DNA of 41,455 nucleotides from Pseudomonadota bacterium (GTDB lineage Bacteria; Pseudomonadota; Gammaproteobacteria; UBA4575): NCBI GenBank assembly GCA_039030355.1, contig JBCCEI010000002.1, positions 1 to 41,455 of the forward strand, read 5' to 3'. Shown piece by piece: positions 28,389 to 37,562 of this stretch (position 1 is its first letter; each line of letters starts with the position of its first letter). The notes under the pieces were generated by a model. It saw only the letters and a program-made list of their open reading frames with translations, ran no database searches and was not told where the DNA came from. The position numbers and the translations under genes were made by a program.

Positions 28389-28689
28389 AAAAAAACGTGT
28401 AATTTTTAGAATGCTAGATCAAGAATGTGGCAACAAACTGCCTTGATAATGAAAGATTATGCAGCGCTGCTTTTCCTATAACAGCGACGACGAATGGGTA
28501 TAAAATGAAGACAAGCTGAGCAATTGGTTTTGATAAAAAATGATGTGAAATGGCCCACCACAGCTAGGCGAAGAAACAGGGCATTTTAGCAATTTCTGTT
28601 GGAAATTCAGTCAATTAGGCACTCTAATCCTATGTATGTACCCGTCAAACATAAGTAATGAGTACAATATAACCAAGGACTACGTTCTA

Positions 28690-29430
28690 ATGCCTAAATT
28701 ACTGATCAAAATTAACGCTCAAATCTTTATCTCATATTTTGTTACTGCTGCATTGATGTGTTTTCTATTTACAGTCTCCGCATCCTCTGTATTAGCAAAT
28801 ATGGTATTGAGTGAAGCAATTATCCATTTCGAACCAGGCAAACCACTACGCAAAGATATTGAAGTAGAAAATCCAAGTGCAGAGAACTTATACATCGAAA
28901 TTACACCTGCGATTGTAAATGAACCCGGTACACATCAAGAGCATCGTGTAGCAATTGTTGACCCACGCGAATCAGGACTACTAGTAACCCCTAATAAACT
29001 TGTAATTCCACCTGGTGGTAGAAAGCTAGTTCGTTTGGTATCCCTACAACCTTTAGGTGAAATGGAACGCGTATATCGAGTAACTTTTAAACCTGTTGTA
29101 GGCGATTTAGAGGCTGAACATATTGGCGTGAAAATATTAGTAGGTTATGAAGTATTGGTACTAATGCAACCAGCAGAACCGGATCCAAATTTAATTGCTA
29201 GCCGATCAGGAAACACGATTTCTTTCCAGAATAAAGGCAATACAAATGTTTTATTACGCGAAGGGAAACAATGTCCAGATGGGGTGGCATCCGACTCAGA
29301 GAAATGTGAACGCCTTGCAGGTAAGCGTTTATATCCTGGAAACAACTGGTCCGTGAACTTACCATTTAACAAAGCCGTTGATTACCAAATGAGTATAGGT
29401 ACGAAGAACTCAGTCAAAACATATAAGTAA
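28690..29430 (+). CDS. Periplasmic PapD-like pilus chaperone candidate (divergent)
   Basis: It starts at the internal ATG 28690, with AAGGA 11 nt upstream. It has a signal peptide ending SSVLA. The two-lobe beta pattern shows LLVTPNKLVIPPGGRKLVRLVSL, YRVTFKPV and VKILVGYEVLVLMQP, then a second lobe with ISFQNKGNTNVLL. The classical TR(V/I)I(Y/F) strand motif is not evident. Confidence 0.6.
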   Translation: MPKLLIKINAQIFISYFVTAALMCFLFTVSASSVLANMVLSEAIIHFEPGKPLRKDIEVENPSAENLYIEITPAIVNEPGTHQEHRVAIVDPRESGLLVTPNKLVIPPGGRKLVRLVSLQPLGEMERVYRVTFKPVVGDLEAEHIGVKILVGYEVLVLMQPAEPDPNLIASRSGNTISFQNKGNTNVLLREGKQCPDGVASDSEKCERLAGKRLYPGNNWSVNLPFNKAVDYQMSIGTKNSVKTYK

Positions 29431-29460
29431 TCCCCTTAGTCTATTAATCGAACATAGCTT

Positions 29461-31917
29461 ATGCAGAATAAACTGCACCGCTTTGTTAACTTTGCTAGTT
29501 TGTTTTTGCAGGCAGTATTTCTGCTATGCATAGCACTTTGCCCACAATTTCTTTTCGCCGAAGAAAAAATAAAAATTCGCGTTAAAGACACACCTCCTCC
29601 TGGGTTTGAGGATCTAGTTCAACCCCAGACGACGGAAGTTGATGTGATATATGGAGATGAAAAGTTAGGTACTACACTTGCTACGTTCACACCAGATAGT
29701 ATTGAATTATTCTCACCACAGGAGGTAGTCGAACTCATTCCACATTTATTAAATCCAGAAATTATCGCCCAAAATTTAACTGGGCAATTAAACACAAATG
29801 CAAATGCAGTATGTGTATCAGAGTTGCAGAGAAAATGCGGCATTATTGAGCCCAATATCGCAGGAGTAATTTTTGATGAGAGTCGATTTCATCTTCATGT
29901 TTTTGTGAATAAGCTTCAATTGCAGCCTCAAGGCATTGTCTCTAACAAATTTTTACCGAAAATTAAAACGCCTAAATTTTCTAGCACAAGTTCCTTCTCA
30001 AGCAGCTTCAGTGGAGAAGACGGAAATAATTCATATACCAGTGGCGCGAGCCATATTTTTTCTCATGGTCAGTCACGGCTACAAACGATATGGGATTACT
30101 CTGATACGCGTAATTTCAATTTAGAGGCTTTTTCCTTTAAAAATGATAATGCGGGTTCAGCTAAAGAACTTGGTTACTATGAATCAGATACACAATTTAG
30201 TTCCTTTACCAATACATTGGATATTGTCGGTGCCCGTATCTATGGATCTACACGTACACGAGCAGATTTAGACTACTCTCAAGCCACAGAAATATTTTTA
30301 TTCTTAAATTCTCGTAGTCAGGTTGAAGTATTTAGGGAAGAGAAACTCATTGATGGTGGAATATATGACACGGGGAATCAACAGCTAAATACTTTGCGTC
30401 TACCATCAGGTTCATACCCTATTACGCTTCGCATCACAGATTCAGCAGGAACGGTAAGAGAAGAAGAATACTTTTTTGTAAAAACTTCAATTCTGGCACC
30501 TCTTGACCAACCATTGCACTATTTTGAAGTTGGTTTACTAGAAAAAGATACATCAAATAATGACCTACCCAGTCTTTCAGATAGTGAACTTTTTCGCCTT
30601 GGAACTGCATACAGGCTAAGCAATAATTTTGGTGCATCGGCAGAACTATTACATTCAAAAGACACATCTATTTTGCAAGGAGGCGTCGCTTACTTTGGAT
30701 CTGGATATGTATTACAGAATAACACTATGTTTGGCGCTGATGGAGAGCGGGGAATTCAACTTTTGGGACAGTTCCGGTTTAAAGATATTTCGTTAAATAT
30801 GGATTATCGACAAATTGAATCTAACGTAGAAGAATTTGATGAAATAGAAGTTCGCATTCTTCCTGAAGATTTCAGCCAGGGAAATATCTCTGCCAGTATC
30901 CCTTTATCACGCGGTAATTTAATTGTAAGAACACAATATCGTGACAGAAAAGCTGAAGAAGCAAGTACATCATATGGATTAGATTATCGTTATCCTCTTT
31001 TTTATCGAAATCGATATTCTATTGAGGCCAATTTAAGTACATTTTACGAAGAAAGCGATTATAATTTTCAAGCAGGTTTACGTATTACAAAAACACAACC
31101 TGGTCAAAATTTTAGTGTCCGCCCAAGGTATTTGCTCACAAAAAATAATGACGATACCGATCAAGGGTTTGTATTGTTTGCGAACGCTAACAAAAGTATA
31201 GAAGACCCTTCCTATGGCGAATTATCTGTTGGTACTTTCTTGTCGGAAGAGTTAGAACGCTCCACGTTTGGCGTAAGAGGTGAAAATATATCTTCATTCG
31301 GAAGAATTGATACACAGTTTGAGCATGTTAATGATAATGAGCGTGGAAGCTATTTACGCTATAGAGGCAATCAAAATACAAATCTTTTAACCAACGATGG
31401 TCAAATTGCGTTTGGAGGCGAAAGAAATACAAATAGTGGAGTCATCCTTGACATCAAAGGTCAAAATAAAAATGAGCCGTTTGAAATATATGTTGATGGG
31501 CAACCTAAAGGTACGGCAAAAGTTGGTAAAAAAACCGTTTTAGCATTAGCTGCCTTTAAAACTTACAACATCTCTATACGATCAAATAGTGACGAACTAT
31601 TACATTTTGACGAAGGTATCAACAAAGTCACCTTATACCCTGGCAATGTAGAAACACTTGTTTACGTAGTAAACCCAATTACTGTTCTTATTACTCGAGT
31701 CAATTTAATCGACGGCACGCCTGCTTCTAGATTACGAATAGAAAATGCTATTGGCTATGCCGTTACAGATCAGGATGGATGGTTACAAGCAGAGATATCC
31801 GGAAATGACCCACTTAAATTAACAAAAAGCGGGAATTTAGCTTGTACCATTGAATTACCTGAGCTTGAGATAAAAAATGGTGTTGCGTTTATAGATGAGT
31901 TGATCTGCAAAAAATAA
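29461..31917 (+). CDS. Outer-membrane usher-like protein (818 aa, divergent)
   Basis: It has a signal peptide. The N-terminal domain reads VDVIYGDEKLG...C..(6)..C...VIFDESRFHLHVFV, similar in layout to usher N-terminal domains. A long beta-rich middle region follows. The C-terminal domain ends LACTIELPELEIKNGVAFIDELICKK with a Cys pair, as in usher C-terminal domains. It lies 30 nt after the chaperone gene. Confidence 0.6.
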   Translation: MQNKLHRFVNFASLFLQAVFLLCIALCPQFLFAEEKIKIRVKDTPPPGFEDLVQPQTTEVDVIYGDEKLGTTLATFTPDSIELFSPQEVVELIPHLLNPEIIAQNLTGQLNTNANAVCVSELQRKCGIIEPNIAGVIFDESRFHLHVFVNKLQLQPQGIVSNKFLPKIKTPKFSSTSSFSSSFSGEDGNNSYTSGASHIFSHGQSRLQTIWDYSDTRNFNLEAFSFKNDNAGSAKELGYYESDTQFSSFTNTLDIVGARIYGSTRTRADLDYSQATEIFLFLNSRSQVEVFREEKLIDGGIYDTGNQQLNTLRLPSGSYPITLRITDSAGTVREEEYFFVKTSILAPLDQPLHYFEVGLLEKDTSNNDLPSLSDSELFRLGTAYRLSNNFGASAELLHSKDTSILQGGVAYFGSGYVLQNNTMFGADGERGIQLLGQFRFKDISLNMDYRQIESNVEEFDEIEVRILPEDFSQGNISASIPLSRGNLIVRTQYRDRKAEEASTSYGLDYRYPLFYRNRYSIEANLSTFYEESDYNFQAGLRITKTQPGQNFSVRPRYLLTKNNDDTDQGFVLFANANKSIEDPSYGELSVGTFLSEELERSTFGVRGENISSFGRIDTQFEHVNDNERGSYLRYRGNQNTNLLTNDGQIAFGGERNTNSGVILDIKGQNKNEPFEIYVDGQPKGTAKVGKKTVLALAAFKTYNISIRSNSDELLHFDEGINKVTLYPGNVETLVYVVNPITVLITRVNLIDGTPASRLRIENAIGYAVTDQDGWLQAEISGNDPLKLTKSGNLACTIELPELEIKNGVAFIDELICKK

Positions 31918-31921
31918 ATTT

Positions 31922-32395
31922 TTATTCTGGACCTACCACAAGCACTAAGCTTCCACGATAACGTCCCGCGGGCAATTGGGACAAATTTGATTCAGCAACG
32001 AGTACAGTTATATTTGCGTTGGGTCGACCGCAAGGCCGACGAATTCCACTTCCCCTTCGTGCACGCAGCCCACCCAGTGCTTGCCCTGGATTTAACTCTT
32101 GCGCGCCATTAGGTCGGCGGCGATCATTGTAAAAAACTCTAAAAGGTAGATTTACACCAGCATCAGAAAGAACAAATGAATTCCCAGAACCTTGTCCATA
32201 TGCAGTGATCTGATAAGGCCCACGAGGGCGCACTGCAACACATAAATTTGCATTGGCGCGTATAGAACCAGCACCTAGCACCCACCTACCCAAATTAAAG
32301 TCCTGTAAACCATAAATTCGAATAACTGCAGATGCAGATACAGATATACAAAACAACAGTAATGCGATTAGCAAGCACTTCAGATGCTTGATCAT
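31922..32395 (-). CDS. Secreted pilin-like subunit C (Arg-rich, lacks the N-terminal extension)
   Basis: It has the signal peptide MIKHLKCLLIALLLFCISVSASA and is a paralogue of the two upstream genes. Shared motifs are IYGLQDFNLGRW, the Cys pair, FRVFYND and AGRYRGSLVLVVGPE. The mature part has about 17 Arg against 6 acidic residues. Confidence 0.55.
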   Translation of the reverse strand: MIKHLKCLLIALLLFCISVSASAVIRIYGLQDFNLGRWVLGAGSIRANANLCVAVRPRGPYQITAYGQGSGNSFVLSDAGVNLPFRVFYNDRRRPNGAQELNPGQALGGLRARRGSGIRRPCGRPNANITVLVAESNLSQLPAGRYRGSLVLVVGPE

Positions 32396-32427
32396 AATGT
32401 GTATCTTGTATTTAAGGATGACTAAGA

Positions 32428-33003
32428 TTAGTCGGGAATCACAAGGAGTGTCAATGTACCTGAGTAGGCACCGCCTACGGCGGAGGATAATTCAGTATCT
32501 GGGATTTCAATCTGGACATTTGCGTTATTGACACAAATTCCAAATATGGCAGCAAGAATCACGTGGAAAGCGGTCTCTACTTGACCATGTTCTATTAAAC
32601 CTGGTGTGAGCTGCTGAGTACCAGCTATTCCAGTTTGATCATTCCAATATACGTTATAGTTTATTTGATCTATTCCATTAGATAATGTGAAGGCAGCAGG
32701 ATCAAAGCCATCACCATCACCTGCGGCACGGATCCCGTAGGTGCCAAAGTTAGAAGTTTTTGCCACACACACATCATCATTGTCGATTAGCGTTCCATCA
32801 CCAACACGCCAGACACCAAAATTAAAATCACGTAGCCCAGTGATAATGATCGCTCGATTAACTGCAATGCCAATTTCAATAGTTCCACTCGAAGTGGGTC
32901 CGAATGTACCTTGTGTCGCGGCTTGCAAATTCGAAAACGAGGCTAAAGAGACAATCAAAAAAGTCGCAATTAGAGGATTGTGTATCAGCAATCTCTTTAT
33001 CAT
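32428..33003 (-). CDS. Secreted pilin-like subunit B
   Basis: The start is uncertain among ATGs at 33075, 33030 and 33003. I chose 33003 because it gives the clean signal peptide MIKRLLIHNPLIATFLIVSLASFSNLQA. The mature protein starts ATQGTFGPTSSGTIEIGIAV and ends GGAYSGTLTLLVIPD. Confidence 0.55.
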   Translation of the reverse strand: MIKRLLIHNPLIATFLIVSLASFSNLQAATQGTFGPTSSGTIEIGIAVNRAIIITGLRDFNFGVWRVGDGTLIDNDDVCVAKTSNFGTYGIRAAGDGDGFDPAAFTLSNGIDQINYNVYWNDQTGIAGTQQLTPGLIEHGQVETAFHVILAAIFGICVNNANVQIEIPDTELSSAVGGAYSGTLTLLVIPD

Positions 33004-33103
33004 CGATATGAAGCTTATTTTTCTTATCATTCTTAAGTTGTAAAGCGCCAACAGTAAATCACTGTCAGCGCTCATACAGTTTCTTGAAACGTTAAGCTTT
33101 AAC

Positions 33104-33637
33104 TTATCTAGGAGAAACTAGAATAGTTACAACGTCAGAGTAAGTACCTGCACCAACAACATCTAAGTTAGCAGCAGGAACTACAATATCAATTGAAGAC
33201 TGAGGTGTACCACCACAAGTTGGGGACGCAGTGTCTGCATTGTCAAATGTTGTGTTCACTTGACCAGATAGCATTGCTGCTGAACTGTTACCGTCGTTAT
33301 AACTTACGTTATAAACTACTAAACCTGATGGACCGTTAAGCTGAAATTCGTTCGCGCCGCCAGGGTTAGAACTCGTCATCGTTACATCATAGTTACCTGT
33401 AGGGTTATTTGTATATACACATGCAGTGCTGCTGCCTGTGAAATCATTTCCAGGAACGTGTGAACCAGTGATATCTTGTAAAGCAGTAATCTGAATTTGA
33501 TCTCCAACCGTTACATCGATATCAATATCACCTTGAGAGGTCCCACCCAAAGTACCTTGGGTTGCAGCAATTGCACTACCGCTAACGGCCATTGTGCCTG
33601 CAATAATTAATCCTTTAACTAATTTCTTCATTTCCAT
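33104..33637 (-). CDS. Secreted pilin-like subunit A (acidic; probable major subunit)
   Basis: AGGAA lies 8 nt upstream. The signal peptide ends SAIA. The mature protein starts ATQGTLGGTSQGDIDIDVTV and ends AGTYSDVVTILVSPR. It is the first gene of the minus-strand trio, behind a 300-bp non-coding region. Confidence 0.6.
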   Translation of the reverse strand: MEMKKLVKGLIIAGTMAVSGSAIAATQGTLGGTSQGDIDIDVTVGDQIQITALQDITGSHVPGNDFTGSSTACVYTNNPTGNYDVTMTSSNPGGANEFQLNGPSGLVVYNVSYNDGNSSAAMLSGQVNTTFDNADTASPTCGGTPQSSIDIVVPAANLDVVGAGTYSDVVTILVSPR

Positions 33638-33943
33638 TATTTAAGTTCCTATTTAGTCGTTAAAAATCTTCCCAATTCCATATGGGTGTTAAAATCCTTT
33701 TAGCTGTTAAGTTCCCTACAAGCGGGTTCAAATCACAGATCAATGAGCTAAAGTATATCTTTAATAATTCATTTGGATCGTCGCGCCCGATGGAATAAAG
33801 CGCTTTAGTTACAAGAGGTTACGTGATTTGCTAAAGTGATGATGCAGGTCAAAAAGTGACAATTTTGGTCTCAAATTCAGACGATTTTAGGTATCAAAAT
33901 TTAGTAATTTGGATTTATTTAAGCATTACAGAGGATTAAAAAC

Positions 33944-34258
33944 TTGGATACTTTGATTAAAGACCTTGGCGCTTTGCGCATTTCGCTATTTGTGCTCGCG
34001 GCCATGGCTGTTATTCTTCGTCCTTCCCCTGGCGCGTATGCAGCACGCTCAGGCATTGAAGTTATCCCTACACTTGTAGCACCTGCAATGACACCATTAA
34101 TATTTATGGTGCTAATGTTTGATTTCATGATGTGTCGCATACGTATGTCTGATGAACAACAACGAAGTAAATTTCGCAGAATCAGCTATATCGAATTAAC
34201 GGTTGCACTTTTGTTATTCTTAATTTGGTTGCCATACTTTGTTGCCATTGGAAATTAA
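33944..34258 (+). CDS. Hypothetical three-TM membrane protein
   Basis: A TTG start lies 8 nt after GAGGA (33931-33935). Three hydrophobic helices are present. I prefer it over the overlapping minus-strand ORF 33919-34140. Confidence 0.45.
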   Translation: MDTLIKDLGALRISLFVLAAMAVILRPSPGAYAARSGIEVIPTLVAPAMTPLIFMVLMFDFMMCRIRMSDEQQRSKFRRISYIELTVALLLFLIWLPYFVAIGN

Positions 34259-34284
34259 ACTTTAATCTATAACTTTTCTCATAC

Positions 34285-35514
34285 ATGCTTAACTATATTT
34301 GGTTTAGCTTTTTCATTGCTGCATTTTTAAGCTGCCTTTTCCAATTATTTGTCAGAGACAACAGCGCCATTTTTGCGCAGGTGGTGCAGGCCACTTTTGA
34401 TATGGCCTCTTTAAGCGTTGAGATAGCACTTGGCTTGGTTGGCGTGCTTTGTCTTTGGCTAGGATTTTTCACAATTGCCGAACGTGCGGGATTTGTCGAA
34501 CTGCTTACCAAAGCATTTCGACCTTTATTTAAAAAGCTCATGCCAGAAGTGCCCAACAATCATCCTGCAATTGGGTCGGTTACCATGAACATGGCAGCCA
34601 ACATGCTTGGGTTAGATAACGCGGCTACTCCACTTGGCTTAAAAGCCATGCAAGACTTGCAAGAACTCAACCCTGAAAAAGAAACGGCAAGTAATGCACA
34701 AATATTATTTTTAGTACTCAATACATCTTCTGTTACATTATTACCAGTAACCATTTTTCTATTTCGTGCGCAGCAAGGCTCAACTGACCCAACTGCGGTA
34801 TTCATTCCTATTCTACTTGCAACGTGCTGCTCTACGCTTGCAGGTATATTAATTGTCGCCTTTATCCAACGACTGAATATCTTTAATAAAACTGTTTTAC
34901 TTTATATGGTGGCATTCGCAGCATTAATTGGAATCCTATTAGCTTATCTTTTGAGCAATAACGCAAACTCACTCGCAGAGCGCTCAAGTTTATTGGGTAA
35001 TCTACTCTTGCTACTCATTATGATTTCTTTTTTGGTAATGGGTTTTTTGCGTAAAGTTAATGTCTATGACGCCTTCATTGATGGCGCAAAACAAGGTTTT
35101 GATGTTGCGCTGAAAATAATTCCATACTTAGTCGCCATGTTGGTTGCTATTGGCGTGCTACGTGCAAGCTTGGTGCTAGATGCCCTGCTTTTAGGTATTG
35201 AAAAAGTGGTAGTTGCATTTGGGCTGAATTCTGATTTCATTGCAGCATTACCCACTGCACTTATGCGCCCGTTTTCAGGCAGTGGCGCACGTGCGATGCT
35301 ACTAGAAACAATGAATAACTATGGTGTCGATTCATTTGCCGCTAATGTGGCCGCCATAGTTCAAGGCAGCACAGAAACCACTTTTTATGTGCTAGCAATC
35401 TATTTTGGTAGTGTCGGAATCAAACGTGTACGCCATGCAATTGGTTGCGGTTTATTTGCTGATTTTGTAGGAATTATCACCGCCATACTTTTAGGCTATT
35501 GGTTCTTTACTTGA
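34285..35514 (+). CDS. Nucleoside-recognition (Gate) domain membrane protein, fused SpmA/SpmB-like
   Basis: The 409-aa polytopic protein carries NMAANMLGLDNAATPLGLKAM in its first half and RPFSGSGARAML and GSTETTFYVLAIYFG in its second half. Confidence 0.7.
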   Translation: MLNYIWFSFFIAAFLSCLFQLFVRDNSAIFAQVVQATFDMASLSVEIALGLVGVLCLWLGFFTIAERAGFVELLTKAFRPLFKKLMPEVPNNHPAIGSVTMNMAANMLGLDNAATPLGLKAMQDLQELNPEKETASNAQILFLVLNTSSVTLLPVTIFLFRAQQGSTDPTAVFIPILLATCCSTLAGILIVAFIQRLNIFNKTVLLYMVAFAALIGILLAYLLSNNANSLAERSSLLGNLLLLLIMISFLVMGFLRKVNVYDAFIDGAKQGFDVALKIIPYLVAMLVAIGVLRASLVLDALLLGIEKVVVAFGLNSDFIAALPTALMRPFSGSGARAMLLETMNNYGVDSFAANVAAIVQGSTETTFYVLAIYFGSVGIKRVRHAIGCGLFADFVGIITAILLGYWFFT

Positions 35515-35780
35515 TTTCATTCGCAGAACTTCATAATCAGCATATAACCGTTGGCTTTGGTTTACATAATTTCAATACGTCTCATGAACAACTACTAAAC
35601 AGTATTGGATAGATCACGTGAATTTTATTGCTACTAGCACACCCTTTTTCGCTTTACAAAATATGGGTTGGAAGTGAAACGAAAGTTTACTTGTGGGTAC
35701 TTCTACCCTTTGTGTTACATTTTTTATTATTTACAGTGTTTGGACAAGATCTCAGCACGAGCAAATCTTTGGCTACCTTT

Positions 35781-37007
35781 CTAACCAGAAACTCTAGATT
35801 TAGGTAAGCTGATACTCAGCAGAATGAATGCTGCAATTGCTGAAAGCAGTGATCCAACTAAAATGCCTAATCGGTCCCCAATAAAGTATTGACCGCTGCC
35901 ATGCTCAAAGGCTAAGCCTGCTATGAAGAGGCTCATTGTAAAACCTATACCACACGCAAATGCCACTCCAAGTATTTGAAACCAGTTAACATCTTTTGGA
36001 AGTTTGACCATTCCAACAACTACAGCAACACCGACAAATAAAAGAATGCCTACAGGCTTACCAACAAACAAACCTGCTATTACACCCAACGTAACTTGAT
36101 GGGTTAAATCACTGAGAGTTATGCCCGATAAAGTGAGACCTGCATTTGCAAATGCAAAAATTGGAAGAATAGCAAATGCGACCGGCCCATGAAGATTATG
36201 CTCAAGCCCTTTCAAAGGGGAATTATTTTGCTTATCCCTCATTGGAATACAGAATGCAATTAATACGCCTGCTAGCGTAGCATGAACACCAGACTTTAAA
36301 ACAGCAATCCACAGTACAATACCTAATAGTATGTAACTCGATGTACGTGTCACACCTAGAATATTCATAGTTATAGCGATGACTAATGCAAAGGCACCAA
36401 TAAATAATGCAGATAGGGATAGATCACCAGAATAAAAAATAGCGATGATGACGATCGCTGCTAAATCATCAAAAATTGCAAGTGTAAGCAGAAATACTTT
36501 TAATGCGATTGGTACACGGCTGCCAAAAACACCGAGCAACGCTAATGCAAATGCAATATCAGTTGCCACCGGTATGGCCCAACCATCTAATGCGATGGGG
36601 TCATTCCAATTCATCCATGCATAAATCGTTGCCGGAACAATCATTCCACCTAATGCACCCATACCAGGCAATACAATTTGCGATATGGATGACAGCTCCC
36701 CTTCGATAAATTCTCTTTTTATTTCTAGCCCAATCAAAAAGAAAAAAATCGCCATCAACCCGTCATTAATCCAAAGTAATAATGGCTTATTTATTACCAG
36801 TTCGCCTACTTGAACAGATACGGTCGTATCAAGAAGTGCATTATAAAGATGTTGTAGAGGTGAATTAGCAACCAGCAATGCAATAACTGCTGCGATGAGC
36901 AAAAGAATGCCGCCTGCAGATTCTAGCTTCATCAAGCTGTGCAATGATAAAGATATAGATGAAGAATTAATTTGCTTATTCATACATCCATATATAGTTT
37001 CGTGCAC
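35781..37007 (-). CDS. nhaA: Na+/H+ antiporter NhaA
   Basis: Motifs ESAGGILLLIAAVIALLVANSP, WINDGLMAIFFFLIGLEIKRE and AIFDDLAAI are present. The start may instead be the ATG at 36983. Confidence 0.92.
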   Translation of the reverse strand: MHETIYGCMNKQINSSSISLSLHSLMKLESAGGILLLIAAVIALLVANSPLQHLYNALLDTTVSVQVGELVINKPLLLWINDGLMAIFFFLIGLEIKREFIEGELSSISQIVLPGMGALGGMIVPATIYAWMNWNDPIALDGWAIPVATDIAFALALLGVFGSRVPIALKVFLLTLAIFDDLAAIVIIAIFYSGDLSLSALFIGAFALVIAITMNILGVTRTSSYILLGIVLWIAVLKSGVHATLAGVLIAFCIPMRDKQNNSPLKGLEHNLHGPVAFAILPIFAFANAGLTLSGITLSDLTHQVTLGVIAGLFVGKPVGILLFVGVAVVVGMVKLPKDVNWFQILGVAFACGIGFTMSLFIAGLAFEHGSGQYFIGDRLGILVGSLLSAIAAFILLSISLPKSRVSG

Positions 37008-37015
37008 TCAGCACA

Positions 37016-37558
37016 TTATTCTTTTAACAACCTCGCAATCAAATTTTCAATTTTCTTAGCCCGACGATCACCTGCATGAGTTTCGCCAATAAAACCTTTG
37101 CGAATATTGCCTTCCTTATCAACGATATAATAAGAGGGCCAGTATTTATTTCGTAGTGCACGCCAGTACGCAAAATCATTATCCATCATTACAGGATGTT
37201 GGAGCTCGAAATGTTTTGTTTTCTCGACAACATTTTCACGATCTTTCTCATGATCAAACTCAGGTGTATGTATACCAATAACTGTAAAATCCTGGTCTGC
37301 GAATTTTTCCTCAACACTTCTTAACCAAGGGAATGAGTTATAACAATTCCAGCAGCCATAGGTCCATACATCGATTAATACTACTTTACCGCGCAAGTCA
37401 CTCTTTTTTAAAGGCTTGGAATTTATCCAAGCGATTTCATCTGTCTGGGTGAATTCAGGCATTTGCGCCGGGGGGTTTACCTTCTTGGCATAAACTACAG
37501 CACTTATTGAAAGCATAAGCGCAATTACAAAAACAATATTAAAACGATTATTCATCAT
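37016..37558 (-). CDS. Membrane-anchored thioredoxin-fold protein (TlpA/redoxin-like, CWNC active site)
   Basis: Starting at the internal ATG 37558 avoids overlap with the upstream gene. It has a TM anchor, VVLIDVWTYGCWNCYNSFPWL and YWPSYYIVDKEGNI. Confidence 0.75.
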   Translation of the reverse strand: MMNNRFNIVFVIALMLSISAVVYAKKVNPPAQMPEFTQTDEIAWINSKPLKKSDLRGKVVLIDVWTYGCWNCYNSFPWLRSVEEKFADQDFTVIGIHTPEFDHEKDRENVVEKTKHFELQHPVMMDNDFAYWRALRNKYWPSYYIVDKEGNIRKGFIGETHAGDRRAKKIENLIARLLKE

Positions 37559-37562
37559 CAAA

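Noticed and set aside
33919-34140. A 73-aa minus-strand ORF in the region upstream of the SpmA/B-like gene
   Set aside because: It overlaps the plus-strand 104-aa ORF, which has a GAGGA-N8-TTG start and three clean TM helices. The minus-strand product has no such features.
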